A DNA stretch of 64,000 nt from Candidatus Poribacteria bacterium (GTDB lineage Bacteria; Poribacteria; WGA-4E; WGA-3G), in assembly GCA_965205025.1 (NCBI GenBank), contig CBDBFU010000007.1, forward strand, positions 96,001 through 160,000, written 5' to 3'. The first letter of the stretch is position 1. Each line of letters begins with the position of its first letter. Below the pieces are notes generated by a model. That model saw only the letters and a list, made by a program, of their open reading frames with translations, searched no databases and was not told where the DNA came from. This document shows positions 19,001 through 29,491 of this stretch, one piece after another. The position numbers were made by a program, and so were the translations under genes.

Positions 19001-21517
19001 CAATACGCTTATAAACCAAATATATACCTATCTGGAACTATAATCCGTTCAACAGAATCACTCAAAGAACACGGTTCCGCACGCGCTTTCGGTATAATCC
19101 CTTTGAAGATTGATGACACATCAAACCGTTTCACAATTGAACTGGATGCTCCTAAGGAGATAAGACCCAATACTGATGTAACAGTCAAGTATACTGTGAA
19201 GGGTAAAAACAACGGATTCTCCCAGGTGACAATTGCTGCAATTGATGAAGGGATTCTCCAGTTAACCGATTTCAAAACCCCTGATGCTCATAAATATTTC
19301 TATAGACAAAGAGGGTTAAAGACAGTTGCACATGATCTATATTCAGCTGTTTTACCGGAAATCGAATCGGCACAAACAGAATCAAGTACGGGGGGTGATG
19401 GAAGTTTAGCGGCAGGTCGTGCAAAACGGCTTAATACAGCGAGTATTATGCGTGTCAAACCGGTCTCCCTCTGGTCAGGTATATTAAAAACAGATCGATA
19501 TGGAAAAGGAACAATTGACTTTCATGTACCCCAGTTTAACGGAACGTTAAGAATAATGGCTGTAGCGTATGCCAATACAAACTTTGGGTCTGCTGAAAAA
19601 CCAATAATAGTTCGTGAACCTGTGGTAATCACACCGACTTTCCCACGGTTCCTCTCTGGTGGAGATCGTATTCAATTTCCAATAAACGTGCATAACGGAA
19701 CAGGTGTAGATGGAGAATTCAATGTTGAGATACAAGCAGAAGGAGATGTTCAATTCCTATCAGATGCCGAAGCAGTTGAAGCTACAACTGAAAATCGTAA
19801 AGTTCAAAAACAGATATATATCGGGTCTGATGTTGAGGAGCAACTCTTATTTGAGCTAATCACACACGATTCAATTGGCAAAGCGACCTTCACTGTATCT
19901 GCTTACGGGAACAACGAACGATCAGAAATGAACGTCCAACTTCCTCTGCGATCAGCTGCACCACCTGTAACTGATACTGGATATGGACTTGTGAATGAAG
20001 ATGAACCGGTAGATTTCATTCTACCATCAAACTTTATTCCGGAGTCTTCTGAATTTGGTTTAACTGTTTCTCCATTCCCAGCAGTTAAATTTGCAGGTGG
20101 TATCCGTTATTTACTTAGATATCCATACGGGTGTCTTGAGCAAACAACAAGTAGGGTTTTTCCCTTACTCTATTTTAGTGATGTTGCTCGTACAGTCGAA
20201 CCTGATCTCGCTACAGATGAACGTATAGATTATTACATTACCCAAGGGATAAATAAACTTGAAAGCATGCTTACCTCCCAAAATCATTTCTCGTATTGGC
20301 CCGGTGGAGGTTATATTAATCATTGGAGTAGTGTATATGCAACCCACTTTTTGGTTGAAGCTCGAAAATCTGGATATGAGGTATCTGACCGTGTTTACAC
20401 TGCCATGCTTGATGGATTAAAAAATCAAGCAAAACAGATTTCAAGCAACCAAAAGACAATAAATAACAACAATAGATATAATGCTGAACGTGCAATCTAT
20501 GCATGTTATGTTTTGGCTGCAGCTGGACATCCTGAAAAAGGTGTGATGCACTACTTTAAGAATAACTTGTTAAGTGGTTTAACTGGATTTAGTCGCTTTC
20601 AATTAGCAGGTGCATTCGGACTTAGTGGTGATTTGGAAACAGCCCTTTCTATGTTACCTATTTCTATTCCAACATCAAACGGTGGTAAAAGACAATCTGG
20701 TAATAACTTCAATTCACCTATCCGATCTCAAGCAATTATGCTCGACGTGCTTGCTGAAGTGAATGAAAATCATCCATCAATTCCCATGTTGGTCAATAAT
20801 CTGAGTGAATCTGCATCTGAGAAGAGACGTTGGGGAACAACACAAGAAAATGCTTTTGCTTTCCTCGCATTAGGTAAAATATTAAGGAAGCAAATGGATG
20901 GTAATTACACAGGAACAATTACTATCAATGGCACCCATTTGGCTGATTTTGATTCAGAAACACCATCAGTTCGATTGGCAAATAACGATTGGGATGGGGC
21001 ACAGATAGAAATCTCCATTGAAGGTGAAGGTAATTGCTATTATTATTGGTCAGCATTCGGTATACGGCGTGATTCCTTTATTCAGGAATATGATCGAGAT
21101 TTACAGGTGCGTCGTCGTTACCTTAACCAAGATGGAACTCCATACGAAAAAGAATTCAAACATGGGGATATGGTGATAGCAGAAATCACTGTAAAAGCAC
21201 TTAACTTCAACCTTGAAAACGTCGTCGTTGTGGATATGTTACCAGCCGGTTTTGAAATAGAGAATGCAAGATTAGCATCTCGTGCCAGTATTCCATGGCT
21301 GAAAACTAATGATTTTAAGCCTGATTATGTTGACATACGGGATGATCGTATGATATTTTTCGGCACATTCCCACGTCAGAGAGAACGCAAGTTTCACTAC
21401 GCATTAAGAGCCGTAACACGTGGTGAATTCAATCTACCACCTGTATCTGCAGAAGCAATGTATGATCCAGCCAATTCCTCTGTCGCAAGTAGTGGTAAGA
21501 TTACGATTATTGATTAA
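16079..21517 (+). CDS. yfhM: Bacterial alpha-2-macroglobulin
   Basis: 1812 aa; YRPGE, EEFMPDR, thioester YPYGCLEQ, WGTTQENA, AEAMYDP; upstream of pbpC. Confidence 0.95.
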   Translation: MKTKQLYIGVVGILSLLLLIIGSLYIHSLSTGSKTRVHVKSFTPKGEKVLQWVDFTFTFSEPVIDNSLVNTELPSQAVQFTPTVEGVSRWIKRDTIRFFLESPLAPSASYTVVLSPKLHQSSLGFVITGNRKFTFLTEPFRIEKKNLEFKYTKTHAKVIGKLAFNYPVNIADLRSNLSLKLQDNVLLPYTLQPESGIAKEISIETEEIPRLLGNQSLKVQIEKGFNCIGGKIGLKQASIRTLTLAGRDRLRVTNANVDEYSGSPHIRLRFSSNVPVDTIQPYIQIDPELETQIIQRYNGVDIYGDFQRRNKYKISIQEGLAAPDGSILQKPYSVTLTIPDIPPQIRFAGNGFFLTRNQNMNLGLATTNIQNVNIQIEKVFANNLIYASKLRNWSTYTSGLGKPIHSGSLSIKSKLNEEVKTPIDLGQYLDDKYVGIFKVTARHPHNYRPRATQWVMLTDLGIISKRAGDELWVWVNSLSNLKPVSQATIKLISDNNQTLLTGKTNWQGFVEFSSVDQKTEGFTPFMLTAEKGEDISFIQLNRHQLSTGDFNVGGTAYLETGYDAFLYTSRGVYRPGERVDIAGIVRGKNNLTPPILPTHIEVTAPDGRTIREFQKNTDKHGGCEVELTLPAYAQTGGYITKMKVAEKEIGRGQFQVEEFMPDRMKVIISTDKPEYDIGAEVGMEVTAVNLFGPPATNRKVTAYYMLEAVPYVPAEKWRSFHFSSTARFEKQRMNLKETKTNDEGKVIYQVMLPEKVKAPSLLNGIFTASVNEPGGRAVTASQRAIIHPYSHYVGIKRPNDGAINRNQEVTIDYITVDKNGNSVAGRDLLLTVYKVRWNTILRRNSRGQSQYVSNSQKTTLESHPLVSTTDIGTFTFTPTEYGEYRVHIEDTASGAKSEIKMETSGWGYVPVSMENPSLLEMTLDKTAYNPGEIAKLHVKAPFPGKLLLTIEREKILSYRIVNLRGNTASLNIPVQYAYKPNIYLSGTIIRSTESLKEHGSARAFGIIPLKIDDTSNRFTIELDAPKEIRPNTDVTVKYTVKGKNNGFSQVTIAAIDEGILQLTDFKTPDAHKYFYRQRGLKTVAHDLYSAVLPEIESAQTESSTGGDGSLAAGRAKRLNTASIMRVKPVSLWSGILKTDRYGKGTIDFHVPQFNGTLRIMAVAYANTNFGSAEKPIIVREPVVITPTFPRFLSGGDRIQFPINVHNGTGVDGEFNVEIQAEGDVQFLSDAEAVEATTENRKVQKQIYIGSDVEEQLLFELITHDSIGKATFTVSAYGNNERSEMNVQLPLRSAAPPVTDTGYGLVNEDEPVDFILPSNFIPESSEFGLTVSPFPAVKFAGGIRYLLRYPYGCLEQTTSRVFPLLYFSDVARTVEPDLATDERIDYYITQGINKLESMLTSQNHFSYWPGGGYINHWSSVYATHFLVEARKSGYEVSDRVYTAMLDGLKNQAKQISSNQKTINNNNRYNAERAIYACYVLAAAGHPEKGVMHYFKNNLLSGLTGFSRFQLAGAFGLSGDLETALSMLPISIPTSNGGKRQSGNNFNSPIRSQAIMLDVLAEVNENHPSIPMLVNNLSESASEKRRWGTTQENAFAFLALGKILRKQMDGNYTGTITINGTHLADFDSETPSVRLANNDWDGAQIEISIEGEGNCYYYWSAFGIRRDSFIQEYDRDLQVRRRYLNQDGTPYEKEFKHGDMVIAEITVKALNFNLENVVVVDMLPAGFEIENARLASRASIPWLKTNDFKPDYVDIRDDRMIFFGTFPRQRERKFHYALRAVTRGEFNLPPVSAEAMYDPANSSVASSGKITIID

Positions 21518-21615
21518 CCGAAACTGTAAGATTTTTCGATGCCCAAATTTGTAGGGCAACCCGCGGAAGAGATGGAGGGTTTATCCTCTTCCCCCATCTC
21601 TTTCATCATAATCAT

Positions 21616-24066
21616 ATGAAAATTCTCTATCTACCCTTCTTCAATCAACGGGTATCTCCCATGTTCAATTATATAAAAACACATAGAATATCTCGATATT
21701 TTCTTGCAATCCCAGCAATTATACTCTTGCTTTTCTTGATTTTACATTTGTGTTTCCCACTACCTAAAGAAAAACTACACCAACCTCCATCTACAGTTGT
21801 ACTTGATAGGAATGGTGAATGGCTACGTGCATTTACTTCAACCGATGATATGTGGCGAATTACGGAGACCACACTTGAGAACGTATCCCCTCAATTCCAA
21901 ACTGCCATGTTAACATACGAAGATAGATGGTTTTACCATCATTGGGGTATTAACCCAGTTGCACTTTTTGGAGCAATGTATGATAACTTAAAAACAGGTA
22001 AGGTGGTACGCGGCGGTTCCACAATTACTATGCAATTAGCAAGACTTATGGAACCTAAGGAACGAACTATACCAAATAAAATGATAGAGATGTTCCGCGC
22101 AGTACAGTTGGAATTGACCTATAAGAAATCGGAGATATTGACATACTATTTCAATATGCTACCCTATGGTGGGAACATCGTAGGTTCTGCTGCGGCATCG
22201 CGTCTATATTTCAATAAGCCACAAAATGCTCTAAGTCTTGGTGAAGCCGCATTATTAGCAGCAATTCCAAACTCTCCAGAACGATTACGACCAGACCGGT
22301 ACCCCAACCGTGCGTTGAAGGCAAGAAAAAAAGTCCTGCAACGCATGAAAAATGCTGGGAAAATAACCGAACATCAGATGGCAGAAGCCTTACAAGAGCA
22401 TATACCTGCAGAACGTTACTCACTTCCATTTAAAGCACCACACCTTTCTCGTATACTTGCCAAAAAACGGACTTCAGATTCGTCTGGTAATTTAAAAAAT
22501 CCGTGGATTCACACAACTATTGACTCCCGATATCAGGACATTGCTGAACGAATCCTCCGTGAACGGTTACGACCTTTACAAGCACAAGGCATTTCTACTG
22601 GTGCAGTAATCGTAATGGATACAAAGAGCCATGATGTTCTGGCTATGGTAGGGTCGCACGATTTTTTCGATGCAAAATATTCAGGTCAAGTTAATGGTAC
22701 ACTTGCCATACGATCCCCCGGTTCAACGCTAAAACCTTTTATCTATGCTCTTGCTATTGACAAAGGTCTAATTACCCCCGGGACATTACTGTATGATGTG
22801 CCAGTTGACTATCTTGGATATAGTCCTGTGAACTTTGATGGGAAATACACTGGATATGTTACTGCACGAGAAGCTTTAGCAAATTCTCTGAATGTTCCAG
22901 CAGTCAATCTCTATGCTAAATTAGGAAAGAATCAACTATATTTATTTCTTCTTCGTGCCGGTATTTCTACATTCGCTAATGAAAATAAATATGGTCTATC
23001 ACTTGTGCTTGGTGGATGTGGTGTTAATCTTCTCGAGTTAACAAACCTGTATGCAGGATTAGCAAATATGGGTGTGTTTACTCCCTATAAAATCCTAAAG
23101 AAAGATGAAAATGATATTGGTATACAAAAAAGGAATAGAACTAAACCTGTTCATCCGGTTTCAACTCCTACATCAGATTATCAATTATTAACACCTGAGA
23201 CCAGTTGGATAGTGACAGAGATGTTGACAACTCTGAAACGTCCCGATTTCCCGGAAGTCTTTGAATTAACTGGTACCATGCCTAAAGTTGCATGGAAAAC
23301 AGGAACATCTTATGGACATAGAGATGCATGGAGTATAGGTTATTCACCTGATTTTACAATAGGTGTATGGATTGGAAATTTTAATGGTACCGGTTCACCC
23401 ATTTTAAGTGGTTCTGACACGGCAGCACCTATTCTTTTCTCACTTTTTACTGTTCTATCTGGAGAAAAGACAAGTCAATGGTTTAGCAAACCAGAGAAAT
23501 TAGAAGAACGTCGTGTTTGTTCATTAAGTGGTAAACTTCTCACACCACATTGTCCTACATCTACAACTGATATGTATATCCCAGGTATCTCGCCTGTGGA
23601 TAAGTGTCACATTCATAAAAATATACAAATTGATATATCGACAGGTGAAAGGTTATGTTCATCATGCAGGACTGGGAAACAATATAGAGACGAAACAATT
23701 GTTGTGTGGCCGTCAGAGGTTGCTACATGGCTAAATGCCTCAGGGTATGCTGTTCCAGTACTACCTGCACATAATGCCAACTGTACACGTCTACTAACAG
23801 GAACACCACCCATAATCCTATCCCCAACCCGTGAAACTGTATATCACATCCGTTCGGGTGTGCCGCCTGAATTTCAAAAAATACGATTGTCAGCATCAGT
23901 TTCAGGGGACACACAGGACCTCTACTGGTTTTTAAATGGTGAACTTATATCAAAAGGCGAAGCAGTTGAACCAGCATTTCTTACACCAGTTGTTGGTAAC
24001 CATCAATTAACATGCATTGATGAGGCAGGTAGATCTACAAGTCTCTCTCTTACAATTGTTCAGTAG
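21616..24066 (+). CDS. pbpC: Penicillin-binding protein 1C (start may be ATG 21661)
   Basis: EDRWF, GGSTITMQL, STLK, SLN, KTGTSYG, C-terminal PBP1C domain; canonical yfhM-pbpC pair. Confidence 0.95.
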   Translation: MKILYLPFFNQRVSPMFNYIKTHRISRYFLAIPAIILLLFLILHLCFPLPKEKLHQPPSTVVLDRNGEWLRAFTSTDDMWRITETTLENVSPQFQTAMLTYEDRWFYHHWGINPVALFGAMYDNLKTGKVVRGGSTITMQLARLMEPKERTIPNKMIEMFRAVQLELTYKKSEILTYYFNMLPYGGNIVGSAAASRLYFNKPQNALSLGEAALLAAIPNSPERLRPDRYPNRALKARKKVLQRMKNAGKITEHQMAEALQEHIPAERYSLPFKAPHLSRILAKKRTSDSSGNLKNPWIHTTIDSRYQDIAERILRERLRPLQAQGISTGAVIVMDTKSHDVLAMVGSHDFFDAKYSGQVNGTLAIRSPGSTLKPFIYALAIDKGLITPGTLLYDVPVDYLGYSPVNFDGKYTGYVTAREALANSLNVPAVNLYAKLGKNQLYLFLLRAGISTFANENKYGLSLVLGGCGVNLLELTNLYAGLANMGVFTPYKILKKDENDIGIQKRNRTKPVHPVSTPTSDYQLLTPETSWIVTEMLTTLKRPDFPEVFELTGTMPKVAWKTGTSYGHRDAWSIGYSPDFTIGVWIGNFNGTGSPILSGSDTAAPILFSLFTVLSGEKTSQWFSKPEKLEERRVCSLSGKLLTPHCPTSTTDMYIPGISPVDKCHIHKNIQIDISTGERLCSSCRTGKQYRDETIVVWPSEVATWLNASGYAVPVLPAHNANCTRLLTGTPPIILSPTRETVYHIRSGVPPEFQKIRLSASVSGDTQDLYWFLNGELISKGEAVEPAFLTPVVGNHQLTCIDEAGRSTSLSLTIVQ

Positions 24067-24118
24067 AAATAGACTTTCACAATTACGCATTCATGCCAGA
24101 ATCTTTATTATTACAATA

Positions 24119-24496
24119 TCATTTCCGGAATACAGCCAATATCAAGCATGCCCATCCTGCAATGAAAGCTAACCCGCCAATTGGAGTCATCGCACCAAGC
24201 CAACGGATACCAGTCATACTGAGAATATATAAACTGCCAGAAAAGATAGCTATTCCACCGATAAAACACCATCCAGCTGCGGTTGTAAAGGAATTCTGCC
24301 ATTGTGATATTGCCCAGGCAACAATTATTAGACCTATACCGTGATATACTTGATATCGTACAGCCACTTCAAAGATGTCTAACATCTCTTTTGATATTTT
24401 AGTCTTAAGAGTATGTGCACCGAACGCACCCATGAACACACTCAGTAAACAAAATGCTGAACCTATTATAAAGAAAAAACCTTTCATTTTTATCAC
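24119..24496 (-). CDS. DUF423 (YgdD/TMEM256) membrane protein
   Basis: GAFGAH, YQVYH, FSGSLY, TPIGG motifs. Confidence 0.93.
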   Translation of the reverse strand: MIKMKGFFFIIGSAFCLLSVFMGAFGAHTLKTKISKEMLDIFEVAVRYQVYHGIGLIIVAWAISQWQNSFTTAAGWCFIGGIAIFSGSLYILSMTGIRWLGAMTPIGGLAFIAGWACLILAVFRK

Positions 24497-24696
24497 CTAT
24501 TTCATTCAATTTGTATCTACAATTATATCCTATTTGGTAAAAAATACTAATAATTCCTACGATGTCTTACAGATACGCACTATTTCAAATCGTTTAAGTT
24601 GCTATTTTCTATCACATATGCTAAAATTATGTATCTTAATAACGGCATAGTTTGACCTATTCCGTGTGGTTTACAAAAGGAGAACTTTCTAAGAAG

Positions 24697-26781
24697 ATGA
24701 GACAATACAGAACAGAAGAAATTCGGAATATCGGTATTATTTCTCATTCAGGGGCTGGCAAAACATCCTTAATTGAAGCTATGCTATACAACGGTGGTGC
24801 CATAGAGCGGATGGGATCTGTGGATGATGGAAACACGGTAGCTGATTATGCCTCTGATGAGATTGAACGTAAAACGTCACTAAATTGTTCAGTGTGTATC
24901 ACGGAATGGGGGGAACATAAACTTAATCTAATTGATACACCCGGAGCAGAGGATTTTTACGGTGACCTATACGGTGTGCTTCGAGTTGTAGATGCGGTAA
25001 TCGTTGTTGTAGATGCTACTACAGGCGTAGAGGGTGGAACCGAAAAAGTATGGGAAATTGCAGATAAATATAACCTTCCACGACTACTATTTATAAATAA
25101 AATGGATAAAGAAAATGCAAGCTTTGAGAATGCGCTTGCAAGTATATCCGAAATATTAGAAACACGTGCTGTACCGATTCAACTCCCGATAGGAAAAGAA
25201 GACCAGTTCACAGGGGTGGTAGATGTTGTACAGAATGGAGCATTTCTTGAACCAAGCAGTAACGCTCCTGGCACAAAATCTGATATTCCTGACGACCTAA
25301 CAAGTGCAGCTGAAGAAACAAGAGAAGCACTCGTTGAAGTCGCTGCTGAAAGTGATGACGCATTGATAGAGAAGTTCTTTGAAGGCGAACTTTCAGATGA
25401 AGAAATTCAGCAAGGAATTCAGACTGGAATCCTTGAAAGTCAGTTTGTACCAGTTCTATGTGGATCCGCTTTGAAAAACATTGGTGTACAACAGTTAATG
25501 GATACGCTCGTAAATTGCTGTCCCTCACCTATACAGGTAGGTGCTGTCCATGATGCAGATGACGAATCCAAAACTCGAGAACCATCAACAGAAGCACCGA
25601 TGTCTGCCCTTGTATTCAAAACAATCGCAGACCCATTTTCAGGACAACTCAGTTTATTCCGTGTGTATTCCGGATCTTTAACGGGTGATTTACAAGCAAA
25701 TAATCCTAATCGTGGTGAGTTGGAAAGAATTGGAAAACCAGCATACATGAATGGTAACCAATCAATAAACACCACCAGTGTACCTGCTGGTGATATTGGC
25801 GCATTGACTAAACTATCTCTCACACAGACTGGGGATACTCTCTGTGATAGAGATAATTCAATAACACTTCCTGGAATCGAATTTCCTCAGGCTGTAATCT
25901 CTTTTGCTATTTCACCTACCCGTGAGGGAGACGACGAAAAACTTATCACTGCCCTTACTCGGATTTCCGAAGAAGATCCATCATTCAAGATTGAACGTAA
26001 TGATGTTACAAAACAGTTGTTAGTTTCAGGTTTAGGGGAACTTCACATCAACGTGAATCGTCAGAGAATTGTGGAAAAATTCAGTGTCGAAACAGAATTA
26101 TTCCCACCGAAAGTCCCCTATCGTGAAACTGTACGACGCAGTGTTAAAGGAATCCAAGAAAGGCACAAGAAACAATCTGGTGGAAAAGGACAATTTGGGG
26201 ATGTTACAATCAATTTAGGTCCCCTTCAACGCGGTGAAGGATTTGAATTTATTAACAACATTAAAGGGGGTGTAATACCAAGCAATTACATTCCAGCCGT
26301 TGAAAAAGGTATCCGTGACAGAATGGGTCGTGGAATAATTGCCGGTTATCCATTAGTTGACATTCAGATAGACCTATACGATGGGAAATATCATGATGTT
26401 GATTCTTCAGATATGGCTTTCCAAATTGCAGGTTCCATGGCATTTGCTACTGCGGTACAACAAGCTGAGCCGTGCTTACTTGAACCTATCATGAACGTCT
26501 CAATCTCAGTTCCGGACCAATTTATGGGAAGTATCATAGGTGATCTTAATGGACGACGGGGACAGGTTATGGGTGTTGACCAGGTGGGTAAACGACAAGA
26601 AATAAACGCCTTAGTTCCACTATCAGAAATGCTTCGTTATTCCATTGATTTGAAATCTATGACAAGTGCCCGTGGACAGTTTACTATGGAATTCTCAAAT
26701 TATGAGATTGTTCCAGATGATGTGGCACAGAAGGTAATAGCAATATCAAAAGAAGGTGAAGAAGAAGAAGAGGAAGCATAG
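24697..26781 (+). CDS. fusA: Elongation factor G paralog (EF-G2 type)
   Basis: GAGKT, DTPG, NKMD; ERKTSL replaces RGITI; HKKQSGGKGQFG, DSSDMAF; not in an str operon. Confidence 0.9.
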   Translation: MRQYRTEEIRNIGIISHSGAGKTSLIEAMLYNGGAIERMGSVDDGNTVADYASDEIERKTSLNCSVCITEWGEHKLNLIDTPGAEDFYGDLYGVLRVVDAVIVVVDATTGVEGGTEKVWEIADKYNLPRLLFINKMDKENASFENALASISEILETRAVPIQLPIGKEDQFTGVVDVVQNGAFLEPSSNAPGTKSDIPDDLTSAAEETREALVEVAAESDDALIEKFFEGELSDEEIQQGIQTGILESQFVPVLCGSALKNIGVQQLMDTLVNCCPSPIQVGAVHDADDESKTREPSTEAPMSALVFKTIADPFSGQLSLFRVYSGSLTGDLQANNPNRGELERIGKPAYMNGNQSINTTSVPAGDIGALTKLSLTQTGDTLCDRDNSITLPGIEFPQAVISFAISPTREGDDEKLITALTRISEEDPSFKIERNDVTKQLLVSGLGELHINVNRQRIVEKFSVETELFPPKVPYRETVRRSVKGIQERHKKQSGGKGQFGDVTINLGPLQRGEGFEFINNIKGGVIPSNYIPAVEKGIRDRMGRGIIAGYPLVDIQIDLYDGKYHDVDSSDMAFQIAGSMAFATAVQQAEPCLLEPIMNVSISVPDQFMGSIIGDLNGRRGQVMGVDQVGKRQEINALVPLSEMLRYSIDLKSMTSARGQFTMEFSNYEIVPDDVAQKVIAISKEGEEEEEEA

Positions 26782-26827
26782 ACCTCTATATAATTCATTC
26801 TGGGCATACAAATCAATACTTATACTT

Positions 26828-26861
26828 AATAGGCGTGCTCGATGAATAGAGTACGCCTATT
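26828..26861 (+). terminator. Stem-loop after EF-G2
   Basis: AATAGGCGTGCTC...GAGTACGCCTATT. Confidence 0.55.
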
Positions 26862-26895
26862 GTCATTAATCCTCTATACATATACAGTAAGGAAT

Positions 26896-28056
26896 ATGAG
26901 ATCTGTGAAAGGAATAATACTATTACTCTCTATTTGTATCGTAATTTCTGGATTTCTAATTGCTGAAATAGGCAAATCAGATTCTTTAAATGTTGATAAT
27001 CACAATCCTCTGGAGAATCCTAAGATTATACTACCTAAGGTTAAGAACTTAAAGAAACCTGAATATCCAGTTGAAGCGAAGATAACAGGTAAGGAGGGAA
27101 AAGTTCTTCTACAGGCAACTATTAACGTAGATGGCATAGCAGAAGATATTACAGCTCTAACAGAACTCGGTTTTGGGTTAGAGGAAGCAGCTATTGAATC
27201 GTTAAAAAATGGTGTTTTCTATCCTGCTACTTCAAATGGAAAACCTGTAAGTTTTAAAGTCAGGATACCGTATGAATTCAAACTCACACTTGACGATACC
27301 GATATGGTTTTAATTCCAGCGGGAGAGTTCCAGATGGGTAGCAACACTGGAGATACAGATGAAAAGCCTATCCACACCGTTTACGTTGATGCATTCTATA
27401 TTGACATGTATGAAGTCACCAATGCACAATATAAGGCATTTATTGATGCTAATCCTGAGTGGGGTAAAGACCAAATTCCACCTGCATATCATGATGGTTA
27501 TTACCTAATTCATTGGATTGGGAACGATTATCCTGTGGGGAAGGAGAATCATCCTGTTGTTTACGTGAGTTGGTATGCAGCAATGGCTTATGCAAAATGG
27601 GCAGGTAAACGGTTACCAACAGAAGCAGAATGGGAAAAGGCTGCTCGTGGAGAATTAAAAGATAAGCTATATCCATGGGGTGACACAATTGATGATACGA
27701 AAGCGAATTATTATAGGGATACAGAAGGTAATGGAACATTACCAGTTGGTAGGTTTCCTGCAAACCCATTTGGTCTGTATGATATGTCAGGAAATGTAAG
27801 AGAATGGTGTCTTGATGTGTATGAAGCCACTTTCTATGTTAATTCTCCCAAAGAAAATCCAATCGCTGGTGTGGAAAGCATAGATAAAGCAATTTCAGAT
27901 TTTTTAAATGTTAAGAAGAATTGTGTATTACGGGGTGGTTCATGGTTGAATATACCTGAAAAATTACGGGTTTCTGAACGCACCTCAAGACTTCCTAATG
28001 CTACAAATCCGAATGATGGATTTCGTTGTGTGAAAAATATATATAATCTAAGGTAA
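26896..28056 (+). CDS. TonB C-terminal domain fused to FGE-sulfatase (SUMF1/PvdO-like) domain
   Basis: N-terminal TM; PEYPVEAK..G.EG.V (TonB_C); F.MGS, RLPTEAEWEKAARG, NPFGLYDMSGNVREW, RGGSW, GFRCV. Confidence 0.85.
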   Translation: MRSVKGIILLLSICIVISGFLIAEIGKSDSLNVDNHNPLENPKIILPKVKNLKKPEYPVEAKITGKEGKVLLQATINVDGIAEDITALTELGFGLEEAAIESLKNGVFYPATSNGKPVSFKVRIPYEFKLTLDDTDMVLIPAGEFQMGSNTGDTDEKPIHTVYVDAFYIDMYEVTNAQYKAFIDANPEWGKDQIPPAYHDGYYLIHWIGNDYPVGKENHPVVYVSWYAAMAYAKWAGKRLPTEAEWEKAARGELKDKLYPWGDTIDDTKANYYRDTEGNGTLPVGRFPANPFGLYDMSGNVREWCLDVYEATFYVNSPKENPIAGVESIDKAISDFLNVKKNCVLRGGSWLNIPEKLRVSERTSRLPNATNPNDGFRCVKNIYNLR

Positions 28057-28258
28057 GTAAGCTATAGACTAACAACTTTGAATAAATGCAGTTATAGTTC
28101 ATCCCACTCAACTGTAGGAACAGCACTTGAATAATCCAGGCTTTGAATTTGACATGCCTGTATTATTCTGATATATTTTAATCTGGATTACTTCGGATTA
28201 TATAACCATCACACAATACATCATAGATGAAACAACATAGAAAAAAGGATAAATAAAA

Positions 28259-29404
28259 TTGAGATCAATTTTAATGCTAACGACATTAACAGCCTTGTTA
28301 GTATGCTTTTCGGCTTGCGAACGAATACCACAAATTATCGAACCTCCAATACAACAAGTAGATGATAAGAGTGGTGAGATTACTATCGGAGTAGTTTTAC
28401 CGCTAACAGGACACTTAAATGCTTCCGGTGAACGCATGAAGCAGGGATTTGAACTTGCCCTAAAAGAAATTAACAGTACTCAACTCAATAACATAGTACT
28501 CAAAATAATCATTGAAGACGATATGAGTTCACCACCTGCAGCGGCTGATGCTTTCAAAAAACTAATTCACGAAGACCGTGTATCTGTTATTCTCGGTCCC
28601 GCAACCTCAAGTGCAACTAAGTTGGCATTCCCAGTCGCACAAGAAAATCAAACTGTCGCTATTAGTCCAACGTCAGGGGCAAGGGGATTAAGTGCAATAG
28701 GAGATTTCGTCTTTCGAATTCCCCTCGCTACGAATGTCTTAGCACTTAATGGGGTTAAGATCACACACGCAAAACTCGATTATGAACGTGTAGCTACAAT
28801 GTATGATGAAACTGATGTATTCTCTACAGACAGAGACACTGCATTACGCGAAGCATTAAGTGATATCAATATTGAAGTGTTAACTACAGAAGTTTTCAAG
28901 AGTGGTGATACAGATTTCACAGCACAATTAAATCGGATAAATGAGTTGGAACCCCATGCTATCTTCATCTCTGCTCTGCCACCAGAAAAAGCACCAATCC
29001 TGATACAAGCACAAACACACGGCACCACTGTTCCTATCATCATGAGTTCATTAACCAATTTAGATGTAACTGCTGCAGGTACTGCTGCTGAAGGTGTGAT
29101 AACCTTTATCGGTTGGCTTCCCACAGATGACACACCTGGAAATCAGTCGTTTGTTCAAAAGTATACCGATACTTACGGTAACGAACCAGATGCCTTCGCT
29201 GCAGCATCCTATACCTCTCTCTATATTTTGGCTGAGGCAATTAAAAATGCTACAGCAACCGATTCAATCTCAATCAGAGACGCATTGGCAAATATCCGTG
29301 ACTTAGACACAATTCTTGGTAAGTTCTCCTTTAATGCTGATGGAGATGCTGTTTATCAACAGAAAGTATTGATTGTAAAAGATGGTATGTTGCAACCTTT
29401 TTAG
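28259..29404 (+). CDS. LivK/LivJ-like ABC substrate-binding lipoprotein (no permease nearby)
   Basis: Lipobox FSAC; IGVVLPLTG, DFTAQL, G.FSFNADGD. Confidence 0.88.
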   Translation: MRSILMLTTLTALLVCFSACERIPQIIEPPIQQVDDKSGEITIGVVLPLTGHLNASGERMKQGFELALKEINSTQLNNIVLKIIIEDDMSSPPAAADAFKKLIHEDRVSVILGPATSSATKLAFPVAQENQTVAISPTSGARGLSAIGDFVFRIPLATNVLALNGVKITHAKLDYERVATMYDETDVFSTDRDTALREALSDINIEVLTTEVFKSGDTDFTAQLNRINELEPHAIFISALPPEKAPILIQAQTHGTTVPIIMSSLTNLDVTAAGTAAEGVITFIGWLPTDDTPGNQSFVQKYTDTYGNEPDAFAAASYTSLYILAEAIKNATATDSISIRDALANIRDLDTILGKFSFNADGDAVYQQKVLIVKDGMLQPF

Positions 29405-29422
29405 TAATTTCCATCCGGACCC

Positions 29423-29478
29423 AGGTAGGTGCGGTTTTGCGATGTGCTATAAGCGTCAATTAGAATTTGCCGATTGAC
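29423..29478. repeat. REP half plus MITE-end remnant
   Basis: GGTAGGTGCGGTTTT and TATAAGCGTCAATT, matching the ends of the 50231 element. Confidence 0.45.
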
Positions 29479-29491
29479 GGAGACTGGAATA

